Origin: Girardia tigrina | Taxonomy: Eukaryota | Length of the DNA: 64,000 bases | Direction: 5' to 3' | NCBI GenBank assembly: GCA_001938485.1 | Contig: MQRK01248832.1 | Span: 30,690 to 94,689 of the forward strand | Part shown: one piece after another, positions 42,188 to 55,491 of the stretch | Layout: every line of letters begins with the position of its first letter | Position numbering within the stretch: position 1 is the stretch's first letter | Notes under the pieces: generated by a model | Seen by the model: the letters and a program-made list of their open reading frames with translations, nothing else | Told to the model about the DNA's origin: nothing | Databases searched by the model: none | Translations under genes and position numbers: made by a program

Positions 42188-42830
42188 TAACAATAATCTC
42201 CAACACAAGTCAAAGATGCTCTATACAGCGACCATAGCTTTGAGCATTCAATGTATATCCCAGGATATCTTTACATATTTCAACTTGAAATTTTGTCACA
42301 ATTTTCTCCAAACTTTGCACACTCACTCATTCTCGATGACAATAAATGATAATGTTAAAATTTGATCAAACTAGGAAATCAAAAAAATGTTTTGGCAAAA
42401 AATTTGCGATTATCCACAAATGTTTAAACTGTATTAAATATGAATGTTTTTGGTTTTTCCATGCTTTAATTCCATGTTTAAAAACGTATTAGTAATTTTC
42501 CCTTCGAAAAAAAATTAAAAATTCTGTTGGCCAAGTAGTGTTCTTCCCGCATAAATCATGGATATAAAAAAGTTTTTTTATTTACTAATCTAAATTTATA
42601 GGGGAATTAATACCCGTTCATAATACCCACACGTGTAACTTTGTATATAAAAAGAATATCCTTTTTAATAATCAGTTGAAAAGAAAGTTCTTTTTGGTTA
42701 TTCTAAAAACTTAAAACAATAAATTAATATTGCTATAAATTAAATTATATGAAGCTTTCTTAAAGCCAAAATTAAAACTTTTAAACTCTTGAAAAATAAT
42801 TTTGTAAAAAGCTTTTTAAAGAAATTAATC

Positions 42831-42871
42831 ATTGAACATGTTTCGGAATTTTGTATTCCATCATCAGCAAT
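42831..42871 (-). ncRNA. Minimal hammerhead ribozyme, same family as 3-44
   Basis: Minus strand attg-CTGATGA-t-ggaat(acaaa)attcc-GAAA-catg-TT-caat; upstream decayed NEQIK..LKIFN* resembles a PLE C-terminus. Confidence 0.75.
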
Positions 42872-43236
42872 TATAATTTGAGGGAGTTCTAGTTTTAGGG
42901 AGTTCTTTATTTAATTATTAAGATATTATTGGATAATAAAATGTTTTGAAATTTAATTAAAGATTTTAAGATTTGAAATGGCTTTTATTTGTTCATTTTC
43001 AAACTAAACTTTTTTTAAATCTGAAAACAATTAGCATTTTAAAAAAGCGCAAAGAATTTCTTATCAATCAAGTATATACGTGTTACATTTTTTTAGTTTA
43101 TAATAGGAATTAGTTATATTCGTATTTATTATTATTACTTATTATGTATTATACTTTTTTTACATATTTATACTTTTATTTCCTCATCTTTGATAAAGAA
43201 CCCTTCATTATTCAGTAGTTCAGCAATTAGAGTGTG

Positions 43237-43803
43237 AGAGGTCGATATTCGAGTTCATTTTTTAACACTAAAATTTATTTCTATAACAATTCACATATTT
43301 AAAACAAATTTTGCTGTTAATTTAATTATCTCGCCACAGATTAATCTATTAAATTCTTTTCAATTCAATTTTTAAAAATCCTGAAAATTTATTTCAAAAA
43401 TTATTTAAAATTTATTTTCAAAATTTATTGCAAAACTTATTTAAAATTGCTTATTAAAAATATTTTTATTTATAAATAAATATTTAAAATTTTATAGTTT
43501 TCTTAACATTTTTAATTAAAAGATATTTAATAGATACATTAAAAGATATTTTTTATTTTTAAATAGATATTTTATTTTTTATGATTTTCTTTTATTATAT
43601 CATTTTTAATTTTTTTAAAATATTTAAAAACACATTAAAAATATTTCATTTTTAAAATCGTTTTTGATTTTTTATTTGTTGTTTTATTATATCATTTTTA
43701 ATTTTAAAATATTCAATAAGCATATTAATATTAAAATATTTTACCCTTTAAAATAAAAAATAATAAATTATTCAGGCGAGATAAAAATTTAAATTAACCT
43801 CTC
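43237..43803. repeat. AT-rich MITE-like repeat; right arm also present (inverted) inside Chapaev3 at ~26550-26780
   Basis: ttattcaggcgagataaaaatttaaattaacc equals the reverse complement of 26552-26583; gagaggt/acctctc ends. Confidence 0.55.
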
Positions 43804-44935
43804 ATATAGAGAATAAAGTCAAAAAATTCGGAAATAATTAAGAATATAAGACAGTAAAGTCGAAAATCAATAATGCTATTGAAATAAATAAATCAACATA
43901 TCAATTGTCAATAACTGACCACCTTGGATATTGGTTTCCAAAACAGTAATTATCATTTACTCGGGAATCATATATCTGGAAACTAACTGACCGACGATCC
44001 GCTTTAAATAATTTTGTCCTACAATTCAATCATCAATTGACGAAGAATTATGTAGGCCATGTTTATCCATGATCAATGTCAGGCTATGCATTACTAATAT
44101 TAAGAACACCAATATGGATTTTCACACATTTATTTTCATCACAGTTTGAATTGTCTTTTGGTCAAATTCTAAGCAAATCTTTTGTAATTCGATATCTCGC
44201 TAAATTGATAAATTTTTTTAATGACTTGTTGACAAACAATTATTCAAAAAAATTTTTATTTTAAATGATTTTTTTATTTCATTTTCAAAATTCTAATTTA
44301 AATTTCGTTAATAATTTTATCTAAAAATTAATTTAATTTTAAAATGACTTTATTTAAACTAAAACATTTATTTATTTAATTTAAAAATAAGTTCAAAATT
44401 ATTTACATTTTCAAAAATTTTTAATATTCAAATTTTAAATGATTTATTATTTTAAAAGTTTTTTATATCTTATGTTGTAATTTAAAATGCAAATTATACT
44501 CGAATAATTATTCATCGTGAACATCAAAAATACAAATTTTCCATCTGGGTGGGAGAAACACATTTCCAAGTACTAAAATCAACAAACCAATTTTAACATA
44601 CTAAATTTAATACATTGATCATTACTACGAATTTGTATATCTATATAATCATATCCCACCTGTATTTTAGAGACACTAGATAATTTTGGTCGCTGATTAT
44701 ATACCTAAAAAATATAAACCTCATATAAAAGGAATCAAATACCTTAGATTTTATAAGATTGTTGGTGGTTTTAAATATACAAATTTAAAAGATTGTTGGT
44801 GGTTCATTAAAAAACTCTGAAGACTCGTTTCTTATTTGTTAGAGATTCTAATTGACATTCTTTTAACTTAATTTCAGACATTTTTATAAGATAATTAAGT
44901 TCAAAAAATTATTATAAATTTATTTTTTTATTTAA

Positions 44936-44977
<42 letters not shown>

Positions 44978-45996
44978 CCATGATCAATTTTCTATCAAAC
45001 ATCATATAGTTTTCTTTTGTTATTCGTGAAAAATAAAGATAAATATTTTACCTATTCATATTTTCAATTTTTAGTCATATTATTATAAGTATAGTTATTG
45101 TATTCATGAGAGAAGGATATATAATTATTTGAAGCCTTAATTAACTAATCTTCCGATGAGAATTTTGTACATAAATAAATAAGCATCTTTTGCAACAGTC
45201 AAATATGACTCCCGAGTTTAATAAAAAAATTATGATGATGTTTTACCAGAAAAATAATCGGTTAACATTTGAATATTTATTATATCTTAGCTTTTCTAAT
45301 ATTATTAAATTATTTTTCCCACCACGTAGACTTGCTACATCGGAATTGTTATTACTTTTTTCATATAATTTGTCTTGACCAGTCAATCACAAATGTACAT
45401 TATGTTTATTTTATAATACTATGGGTCACACCATTATTACCTATAGAATAGAAGAGAAACACTTAATGTTTTGTTTTATGAATAACTTGATTCTATCATT
45501 TTGTTTGGTAATTGTGTAAAAACAAGATATTTTAAATAATAAATGTTATTTATGAGTCTATAAATTTTGCAATACATTAATAAATTAATTATTATGCTTT
45601 GAAAGTTTAGGATTTGTCTGAAAATATTTTCACCATTAATATATAATAGATGAAAAAGTAATGGGAAATGTAAATATTTTTTGTACGCTTTATAAAAAAA
45701 TATGTGATTAAATATTAATTTGCTTTGTAACATGGGATTCTAAAATTTAGAATTTAGGGATTGTATAGGGATATAAATAATTTGTATTCCAGGACGGTTA
45801 ACATTTAGGTCAGTCCATACCCAAATGTCTTTAAGAACAGTATTTTCATATTTGTAGACATCGGGTTCACCGACAAAATAGCGAATGACAAATTAACGCC
45901 CACATATAATTTATAAAATCAAGCGATTTTACATTTTTTTTATAAATACAATTATAAAATCGATAAACTTTTATTTAAAAAAACCAAATAAAATTG

Positions 45997-46503
45997 ATGA
46001 TTAAAAACTGAACGCCATTTTTCAAAATTTATTTTTAGTTCTGTTATTAATTTTGGCGGATTACCCACCATCTTCAGACTAAATTAACATTAGTTTTTTC
46101 AGCTTATACATGAAATTTATGATTATGCATCACTTTAACGCATTTAAATAAAAATAATAATGGGAGCAATATTGCTAAACATAATTTAATACGTAAAAAG
46201 AAAATCGAAGAAAATGATTTTCAAATTCCGTGTAATCAATTTAATAATAACTGGGAGAGAGTAACGTGTGAGGCTTCATTAATAAGATCTATAGATCCAA
46301 AAATTAATTTTCCAGCTTTACACTGAACTTCTATGTTAAAAATTTTCAAATAGAGCCCTTTTGACAATTAATTACACAATCTCGACTTTCATATATAAGC
46401 TTAAAAACATATGCTTATTTAGTCTGAAGATGGTGGGTAATCCGCCGAAATTAATAACAAAACTAAAAATAAATTTGTAATATGGCGTTCAGTTTTTAAT
46501 CAT
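45997..46503 (+). mobile_element. Short PLE insertion (GIY-YIG C-terminus) with ~95-bp inverted pLTR
   Basis: Inverted repeat 45997-46090 vs 46411-46503; internal GSNIAKH...NNWERVTCEASLIRSIDPKIN...LKIFK* homologous to ORF 34235. Confidence 0.85.
46419..46460 (+). ncRNA. Hammerhead ribozyme in PLE pLTR
   Basis: CTGAAGA-t-ggtgg(gtaat)ccgcc-GAAA-ttaa-TA; stem I short. Confidence 0.75.
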
Positions 46504-47489
46504 GAATATAAATAACCATTGATTTTTACATTATTTAAAATAAAATGGATTTACTGATTTTTTTTTATCACAGAGTCGAATTGGAAGCTTTACCAACTAG
46601 AAATTCTATTAGTGATATATTGCCATATTTCGAAAAGAAGCTGCAAGACGTCTTTATTGTTGAAAATACTTTACCTTGCTTGCATTTTTGCCTCGTTCTA
46701 GTGCATTTTATCTTTGAATTCTGTTCTCAGTGTAGTCTTGTACTCTGAGAAAATAATTGATCAGCTTGTATACATCAGGTGTTGACCACCAATCTACATC
46801 TGAAAAGCATGATGCCATTCCTCTACGGAATTGTTTGTTAATGGTAGATTTTCCTGTATTCAATCTCGAATGAAATCTCGGACTAACTCTGAAGTTTCGT
46901 CTTCAGCGACCAGTATATTTGTCATCCCAGTAGTCATAAAAATTCTGAACAACATCATTCGGATTTTTAAAGAGGCTATTTATATTGACAGGTGAATCAC
47001 AGGAAAGGCCAAGCAGCATATTTTCACTATATTTTTAACGTATATTTTCACAACATGATACTGTGTCTTGGTCTCTCAACGATTTGTATTATTTAAATAA
47101 TTTTTAATCTATCCTAAAAAATTATAATTCTTTTAAACATTATAATTTATTTAAATTATTTATTCTAAATTCAAAAATAATTACTTGTTGAAAATGAAAA
47201 TAAAAAAATATTTTGTCGGCAAAATTTGAGTTATCTATCATTTCTTTTCAAAATTTAACAATCATATCGCTGATGTGTATTATTTAAATAAACTTTAAAC
47301 GAAAATAAAAAAATAAATATCAGCGCTATTTTGTCAACAGCCTCAGATGGGTACGCCATATTTCGTCCGATCTCCAAAGTTGAGCAACCAATACAGCATT
47401 AGTACTTTCTAAATGAATCGATTGCCTTCTTGGATTCAGAAAAATCTGTTTACCTTCTGTTTCAATTTTATGAACCACAATATCCGTAA

Positions 47490-48353
47490 ATCACAAATCG
47501 TAATCATGTTTCATGAAAACATCATCATATCGTTTCACGAGGTCTTCCAGTCGTTTGTTTTGCTCTTGCAGTTTCATATATTTCTCCACTATCACAACTG
47601 ACTTCTTGGTAGTTTTTTCAAGTTTGATTCCGAATTTATGCATGACACTAACACCTCCAATGACTGCCGGTTTGATTGCTTTCACCGCTAAAAAATCTAC
47701 CGCATGACACTCTTCTTTCCATTTCAACTTCACTGTCATTTTTCCAAAACAATTATGGCCTTCTGAAAACGCTCCATTTAGTATAATTGGGCTCTTTTCT
47801 AATATGGGTTATCCGATTTCCAACCAAACCTTCTCACTATTAACTGAAACACCCGCTCCACTATCCAACAACATTAATACATTGTGATTGTTCAGCTTAA
47901 CATCGCTCCACCATCTATCATCTGACCCCTATACTATCTCTGCAATTTGATTTTTTGGATATTTTATGCCGACTCCACAGACGAAATGCTCACCATGGAG
48001 TCTCTGGCATTTGAATCATCTTTATATAAATCTTTATATGATTCGATATCCACGTTTTCATCATTGTACACATCTTTGATGCATACTACATTAACATTAC
48101 ACATTAAAAATTACACATTACATTAACAGTTACACATTTCCGAGAATGTTAACCCAAAAAAATCTGAGCATTGGCATATGTCTCTAAACCATATTTGACC
48201 TTCTTCAGAATCCACTCCATTGTACTCCTTGATTTTCTTCTCGAGGGTTTCCTTAAAGATTGATGGCAGTTCTAGTTTAGGAAGCCTCAAAAATTTTATT
48301 GGAACACCAGCGTGGTCGCCAGTTAAATCTCCAGGTTTCACTTCGGAATTCAT
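47490..48353 (-). pseudogene. LTR retrotransposon gag-protease remnant
   Basis: VLMLLDSGAGVSV aspartyl protease motif (~47840-47880), PAVIGG..MHKFGIKL, upstream gag-like LPKLELP. Confidence 0.65.
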
Positions 48354-48737
48354 AATATCAACAAGTAGAATTTATTTAATATTTACAATCTTTTTAGAAT
48401 ACTTAAACAAATTAATAATCACAACTTTTATATATATGTTTAAAATGTTTATATCTTGTTTATGTAAATTTGGAAATTGAAAATATCCTTCCTCATAAAT
48501 TTGTTTAAAAATTTTTATATTGTTGTATTAATAAAAAAATTGTAACTTGAATTCTGATTTTAATCTCAAACACAATGACTTAAAACAAAAAAGAATTTAA
48601 AATCTAAAAGGTTTACATTTAGTAAAGTCGATATATTTTAATTGAAAAAAAAATTAGTAGAAGTTTTTAAAACAATAATTTTAAAATAAATGATAAACAA
48701 GGAATAATTTATAAAAAAAGTTCTCCAAGAAAATATT

Positions 48738-48874
48738 TGTAACAACGAATAACAAATCTATAAAATTTATTTTTCAATAAATAATACTTTAAAATAGATA
48801 TTATTTAAACAAATAATTATCCATATTTTTTCTTGTTAAATATTTCATTTAATAAACAAATTTAACATGTAACA
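48738..48874 (-). mobile_element. Solo LTR of the Gypsy family at 995-1135
   Basis: Closely similar along its length to 995-1135, TGT...ACA ends, no flanking internal sequence. Confidence 0.75.
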
Positions 48875-50319
48875 TTTTTTTAAAGGAAGCAAAATTAAAT
48901 CTAATATTTTGACAAAATAATTCGAAAGAAATTAGAGTTAGTATAAATTAAATTTAATAATTTTATTATTAAAATAAATTTTATAAATAAATTTCCAAAT
49001 TAAAAAGTTTGAATAAAAAAATTATTTAAAAAGTAAGTAAAATTAAAATAAATTTTTTGAAAAATAATTTGAAAAAATTATTGATTTTTTGGGTTGACAA
49101 AATAAAAGTCTGAGAAGTGCTGCAAAGGTTTTATTGTTTCAAAACAAATTGGCTTCTCAAAACAAAAGAGAGTTGTTTTTTTAGACAAAAAGTCAAGAAA
49201 ACAAAAAATAATCTGTTCCATAGTTTGCAGGATTTTTACAAATTTTGCATCATTTTTTATGGTGTATATTCAATATTAGGATACAATAAAATATAACATG
49301 TAGTTAAGAAAAAATAAAATTGTAGCACAATTATAAATAAACAATGTCTGTCCATTTGTTAAATATTCCTTCATTTGGAACTTGACGATTCATTTAAATC
49401 ACTTATCAAAGAATAATTATTATATATAAATATTATTTTTATAACAATTTTACTTTATTAACAATATAAAGATGGTGGAAAGAGGTTATATATTTAATGA
49501 AAATAAAAGACACATTGTTTAAAATTAAGTCATTGTTTTGATTATAATCACAATAGAACTTTACGAAATACGATTTACTAGTTGAACACAAAACAATAAA
49601 TGAATGTCAATGAAGATAAAACAATATGCAGCGAAAAACTAATAGAATTTTTATAAAAAATTAACTTTTTAACCATTATTTACAATTACATTAAAACACA
49701 AAAGTAGTATTATTATACTCTCTCTATTCCGAAAAAATGTTTGCTTTTGGGATAAATCTTTTCAGTTATCACTATTTTGGGGGAACAATAAGTTTTCTTC
49801 ATTTTCCTGAATCAATAACGATCTAAAATGTATCGATCAACAAAACTTTCCATGGTTAAAGGGTTGATTATTTTGTTAGTTTTACTTTTACCAGTTATAG
49901 AGTACGAATTCCAAATGGTTGCGAACGAGTTGGTCGCGCTGCGATTGCCTTTGACCCTTTGGTTGAACCCAAACAATAATTTAAAAAAGAAAAATAATTA
50001 AATTAAATAAGATAATTAAATAAGTAATTAAAAATAAAAAAAAATTTAAATATTTTAATACAAAAATTATAAGTAGTAATTATTAATTATGAGATATTAT
50101 TACTGATAGTAATAAAAGTTTTTGTAAATAATTTGTTATTTTATATTACAATATGAATATTTAAAATACAAATTAAAGGGTGCAATAAAAGTTAAAAAAC
50201 AAATCATCGCTCCCCCAAATTTTGGTGCCGTGACCCACAGTTTAAGATACGCTGTTGTAGAGAAATGTTTTTGATCAACTTTGAACATGTTTTATAATCG
50301 TTGACTGATTAATAATGAG

Positions 50320-51436
50320 TAGGGCTGGCAAAAGTCAATAAAGTCAAAATGGTATCATGAGGTAGAAATAGTTTGAGAAGCCCAAAAGTACTCATAAAAA
50401 TGTACAAGGTTGCCCCTCCCCAAAGTTAAAAGGTCAAAAAAATGTCGAAAAAATTCGTTAGGTCAAAAAATTTCAAAAAAAGAAAAAGTAAGTCATAATT
50501 AGAAAAATTAAGTCATAATAAGCAAAATTTTGTCAAAAATGCCAAAATATGTCAAAAAATGTCGAATTAAGTTAAACATTTTAATTAAAGTAATAAACAT
50601 TTAAAAAACCCTATTTTTTAAAATATTCAATAATTTTTTTAATTTTTAAATTGTTCTGGTTAATTTTAATTATATTTATTCATTTCTTCATTCTCAATAT
50701 AGGGTTTTCATTTTAAATTGAGATTTTTTTTATTTGAGTTTTTTACTTTTATTAATGAGTTTTGATTTAAATTGGCCATTTTTGATTTTGATTTTGATTT
50801 TCTATTAAAATTTGAAAATTTTGATTTAAATACAGAATTTTTTGAAATCATTTTTATCATTTTAATGAAAAATGATTAAAAAAAATTTCAAATCAAAATT
50901 AAAAATCTCAATTTAAAATGAAAATTTCTCAATTTAAAATTAAAAATTCTTTTTGTTTCAAATTGTTTCATGTTACCTGCGTAGCTCATTTACTGAACAA
51001 TTGTGCAATGAAAGGGAAGATGAAATATGCAGCTGTAGACAATTTGAGATTCACTGTCAAAGCCCTAACAATAAAGAACCGTGAAGACGAGACCTATTTA
51101 GAATTATTGGACAACCACCGCAGCTGGATGTCAAGAGATGGACTACATGGTTGCACGCAGCTTTCTACTAAGCGGAGCATATGTCAACAGTTCGACAGAT
51201 TGTAAATTCCATTGAAGGCAAAGGGCTCCTTCTTGCTCACGCCAAAGAGGCGGTCGCAAGTTCTACTCTTGCAAAGACTTAATCGAAATTTTACAATATA
51301 AGTCGCTGACACACTTGGTAGAACGTTGTGAGTCTCCAAACTGTCAGATACGGTAGGCATTTTCCATTATGGACATAATGAAGATGGAGAGAAACGATGT
51401 GTCCCGTCACTTTTTAGGTCAAAAAAGCCCGCCCTA
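50320..51436 (+). mobile_element. Internally deleted hAT transposon
   Basis: TIRs TAGGGCTGGC/GCCCGCCCTA; 8-bp TSD ataatgag/ttaatgag; LFHVTCVAHLLNNCA (CxxH). Confidence 0.85.
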
Positions 51437-51439
51437 TTA

Positions 51440-51910
51440 ATGAGAATAAATAGTGAGTTAAATAAGAAAAACTATGATGATAAATTAAAAGATATCAAAA
51501 CAAAGTGCGAAGTCTTGTACATTGAAGAGACAAGTCGTCATCTCCGCACTAGAATTGCAGAACATACTCAATCGAGTAGAAATAGTTCGATATTGAGCCA
51601 TAATAAAGATATAAAGGTAATCTTATGGATCATAATAAAGATTTTAAATAATTTTGACATAAATTATGAAAGGATTATTGCAGAAGCATTGTTAATAAAG
51701 CATCATAAACCATGCTTAAACGTGCAAGGTGATTCATCTAATCATATTAAAGTTTTTTAAATATCATTAAAATACCTTTTTTAATAAAAAAACATGTTTT
51801 TGAGACGTATGATGTAATAGTTTTCAACTATATAAGTGATCTATGTTACTGTGCCAATCGTTTCAGTTGCTCAAAATGAAAAGTTAAAGGGTTTCTGATA
51901 TTCGAAATTA
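51440..51910 (+). pseudogene. PLE GIY-YIG fragment with degenerate downstream hammerhead remnant
   Basis: YIEETSRHLRTRIAEH...AEALLIKHHKPCLNVQ; ctcaaaatgaa...ttcGAAAttat at ~51869-51912. Confidence 0.75.
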
Positions 51911-53043
51911 TATTATTATTTTCGTAATACCAAGTATTTTTTTCAGTTCATCTTTAGAACTAATTCTACGGATTACTATAATATTAATTTATAAAAATTA
52001 ATTGCATTTTGTATGACTCTTGAGGAAAAATAAAGTATCTTGTATAACAAGTACGATATTGTACGAAACAATACAATATCCACTTTACATTTAAATGGCT
52101 GCTGAGACGAATTAATAAAATCTTGATAAGTAAAAAGAAAATGAAAAGAGAATTAATTCCTTATTCTTCAGACTTTACTTTTCTAGTCAGTTAGTTTCGT
52201 ACGAAGATCGTCGTAATCATAAGTATCGTTTCAGGGAAACAATTACCTTTGAATTAATTATACATTTATATTAATGACATTAATTGTTTCTTAATGTTAT
52301 AATTGGCGTCATAATAATGTGATTTTATTCATAAAAGGATTAACAAAAGATATAAAATAAATTTATTAAAAAATTAATATTTTGTTTAAATTTTCAGTAT
52401 TTAAACTGATATTTGGAATATCCAAATAAATATAAATTCATCAAACTAATTATTTATTTATTTTCTGATAAATACAGATAATTCATTATCAATATATATA
52501 TATATATATAAGTATATAAAATCAACTATTTTATTTTTTCAGAAAAATAATAACAAAAATGTAAAACGTTTTTTTATAAAATTTAAATATATTAAATGAA
52601 AAGAAATACTTCAATATTTATAGGAAATAAAATTATATTATAAATTTTCTTTTTTGTACAAGGAAATTACTTTTTTTAAATGTGGTAAATAATTAAGATT
52701 ATATTTTAAATACTTTTATTGGTTTAACACACGATTTTTCTAAAATTAATATAAAATTCCAATAAAAGAATTCTTTAGCAATTGAGGAAATCAAAAAACA
52801 GGAGTGAAATTATTACTTTAAACAGTTGAAGAACTTTAAAGTCATTTAATAATTAAAATGTTTAATTGAATATTTACCGAATAAATAATCATTTAATTGT
52901 AAAAAATTATGTGATAAACAACATATACGTTTTTTGTAGCAGTTCAAAACTTAGAAATATTATTTTTTAAAATTTTTTTAATTAGATACGGAATCAGTCT
53001 TAATCAGGCTGAAGAAATACTTAAGAATTTAAAGAGCAAATGA

Positions 53044-53190
53044 ATGGAACAAACAAATCAGAAATTGACAGCAGCAAATGGATTACAAATGGATGTTAGA
53101 GGAGAAATAGAGACACTGATCAAAATTGGGAAGAAATCAGAGAAAATAAGATTTATAATAGTAAAGAATTTAAGACCAGACATGTTTGGG
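53044..53190 (+). pseudogene. Retrotransposon aspartyl protease fragment
   Basis: LTAANG.QMDVRG...IKIG...IRFIIVKNL. Confidence 0.6.
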
Positions 53191-53249
53191 AGCATGCTCT
53201 TAATGATTTATATTCTTGATTTATAATCTTTAATAATATTCTTTAATGT

Positions 53250-53520
53250 CTTATTATTCCAACAAATTTAAATTACAATTTAATTATTACAAAAATAATT
53301 TATACTTTAAATATAAAATAATTTTTATTTATTTTAAGAAAATATTATTAAAATATTATTTATAAAATATTAGTTTAATTTTAAAGTGATTATTTAAATT
53401 TTAATAATTGATTAAACAACCCGACGATTGATATTTAAAATATCAATCTTCCATGTGGGTGGGAGAAACACAATCCTAAAAACAACACACAATAAATACC
53501 ATTCAAAAATATTCCTCACA
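53250..53520 (+). repeat. LTR-like dispersed repeat
   Basis: Matches 9770-10028; AATAAA ~25 bp before terminal CCTCACA. Confidence 0.6.
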
Positions 53521-54077
53521 ACTTTATCTAAAAGAATATTATTATTACCTGGTCAAGTATGAAATTTGTAGGCATGATTACAATAAATTAATATAGTTAT
53601 AATTTGATATTGACTTAACATTTGGTTGCTCGTTTCTTATATGGTTGCTACGTTCTGTGTCTATTGAACGCATTAATAAAAAATAATTAAAATTGTTGAT
53701 AACCAGTTTTAATAATCAGTATTTTAAAAATTAGAAAAGGCAGAAATTCGAAGTTTTATGAAGTACAAGTTTTTACGTCGAGCATCGGTATCAGAAACCA
53801 TGCGAAACTTCAATAGCGTATTTAAATACAAGGCTACTATGCATTAGACAGTCTTATATTGTTTCAGGAAATTTGTAAAAGTTAATTTTAACTTCAAATA
53901 GAAGTATAGGTGTCGCCTTGAAACACATGTAGACTATGATGACCTGAAGATAACCGTGTACTCGGATCCATCACAAAGTGCTCATTATTTATTCCTAAAG
54001 TTTTTTGGTTACAAAACAAATAATATTGAATCATATGGCTTAAATTGGTAAAAAGAAAAAGTTGAGGGAGTGGATAC

Positions 54078-55491
54078 TGTTGCGGATTTTGGCTTTTTAC
54101 CGACTTTCTATGCCATCTGAATAATGAATGTGTGTGTGTAAAATTTCTATTTTGTTGTCTGTAACAATGTTTTTTTGCCTGTAACTATTTTTTTAATTTT
54201 ATTTCATGTGTATTATTTTTTTAGAGTTAAATTTAGCATTTATTTTTTTTATTGTTTTTTACAAAAGCATTTCTTAATAATCAAATAGAGGATAACGAGC
54301 AGTAATATGATTATCAGGCAGCAGACGACCACAATTGCAATGCCAGCACCTCTTAATCTGTTCCAGTGTTTTGTCGGATTGTCCGGACGGTGTTTTTGCG
54401 GTGATTAATGGTGAATAGCAATAATGAGTGTCATTGATATCGCTGATTTTGATGACTGGTGAAAAACTGATTTCGTTGATGTCTGTTCTTTAGAAAAAAT
54501 CTGCTACCACATTTGATTTTCCTGCGATGTATTTGATTTTGAAGTCGAATTGTGAAATCCAGTTATTTTGTCTTTGCTGTCTCGGGCTCGGGTTTTTCAT
54601 CTCTAAGGCATGTACTAGAGGCTTGTGGTCTGTAAAAATTTCGAACTGTCGGTTTTTGATTAAGCTTTTGAAGTGTTTGATTGAATCGTAGATTGCTAGT
54701 AATTCTCTGTCGTAAGTTGAATATCTTTGTTCATGTGATTTTAACTTTCTTGAGTGGAAACCGATTGGTAGATGATTTACTTCTATTGATTGCTCTAGTA
54801 ATGCTCCGATTGCAGTAGCTGAAGCGTCGGTAGTTAATTTAAATTCTGAGCCTTCTTGTAGCATCGCCAACGTTGTTATTTTATTTAGGTTTGTTTTTAT
54901 CTCTTCGAACATTTTTTCTGTTTGCTCAGTCCATGTTATTTTGTCATTTTTCTTTTTTATTTTTTAGTAAATTGTACAATGGTGCTAATATTTCAGAACA
55001 TCTTGGTAAGTACTGGTGATAGAAATTCACCATTCCAATGAATCTGCGGTTTTCTCTGGCTGTTGTTGGTTTTTGAATGTTTAATATGTTTTTGATTTTT
55101 TTGTCGATTGCTTTTATTTGGCTTTTGCTTATTTTGTAGCCTATAAATTTGATTTCTTTTGTTAAAAATTTGCATTTTTCTAGGTTGATTTTTAAACCGT
55201 TGGCTGTTACTTTTTCTGTGTGCTCTAAATGTTCTGATTCGTTAGCACTCCCGCTTAATATATCGTCTAGATATACTACTGCGTATGTTTCTTGCATGAA
55301 GATGTTGTCCATTATTCTTTGAAACGTTGCGGCGGCGTTTTTGAGACCGAAATGCATTTCATTGAATTCATAGAGTCCGAATGGTGTTATGATTGCGGTC
55401 TTCTTGATGTGATCTTTGTGCATTGGGATTTTCATACACACTCTCTATTCAGATGGCATAGAAAGTCTGTAAAAAGCCAAAATCCGCAACA
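54078..55491 (-). mobile_element. TIR-bounded element carrying Gypsy RT-RNase H and a small TM ORF
   Basis: 46-bp TIRs 54078-54123 and 55446-55491 (1 mismatch), TGT...ACA termini, TSD GATAC; KTAIITPFGLYEF, YLDD, TDASA, YSTYDRELLA, FTDHKPL. Confidence 0.9.
54490..55425 (-). pseudogene. Ty3/Gypsy reverse transcriptase-RNase H, frameshifted
   Basis: ORFs 54944-55441 and 54490-54912. Confidence 0.9.

Larger units (their letters stand above)
45860..47340 (-). mobile_element. MULE remnant hosting a PLE insertion
   Basis: gacaaaatagcg/cgctattttgtc inverted ends; minus strand FYDYWDDKYTG...LPLTNNSVEEWHHAF at ~46800-46960. Confidence 0.7.
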
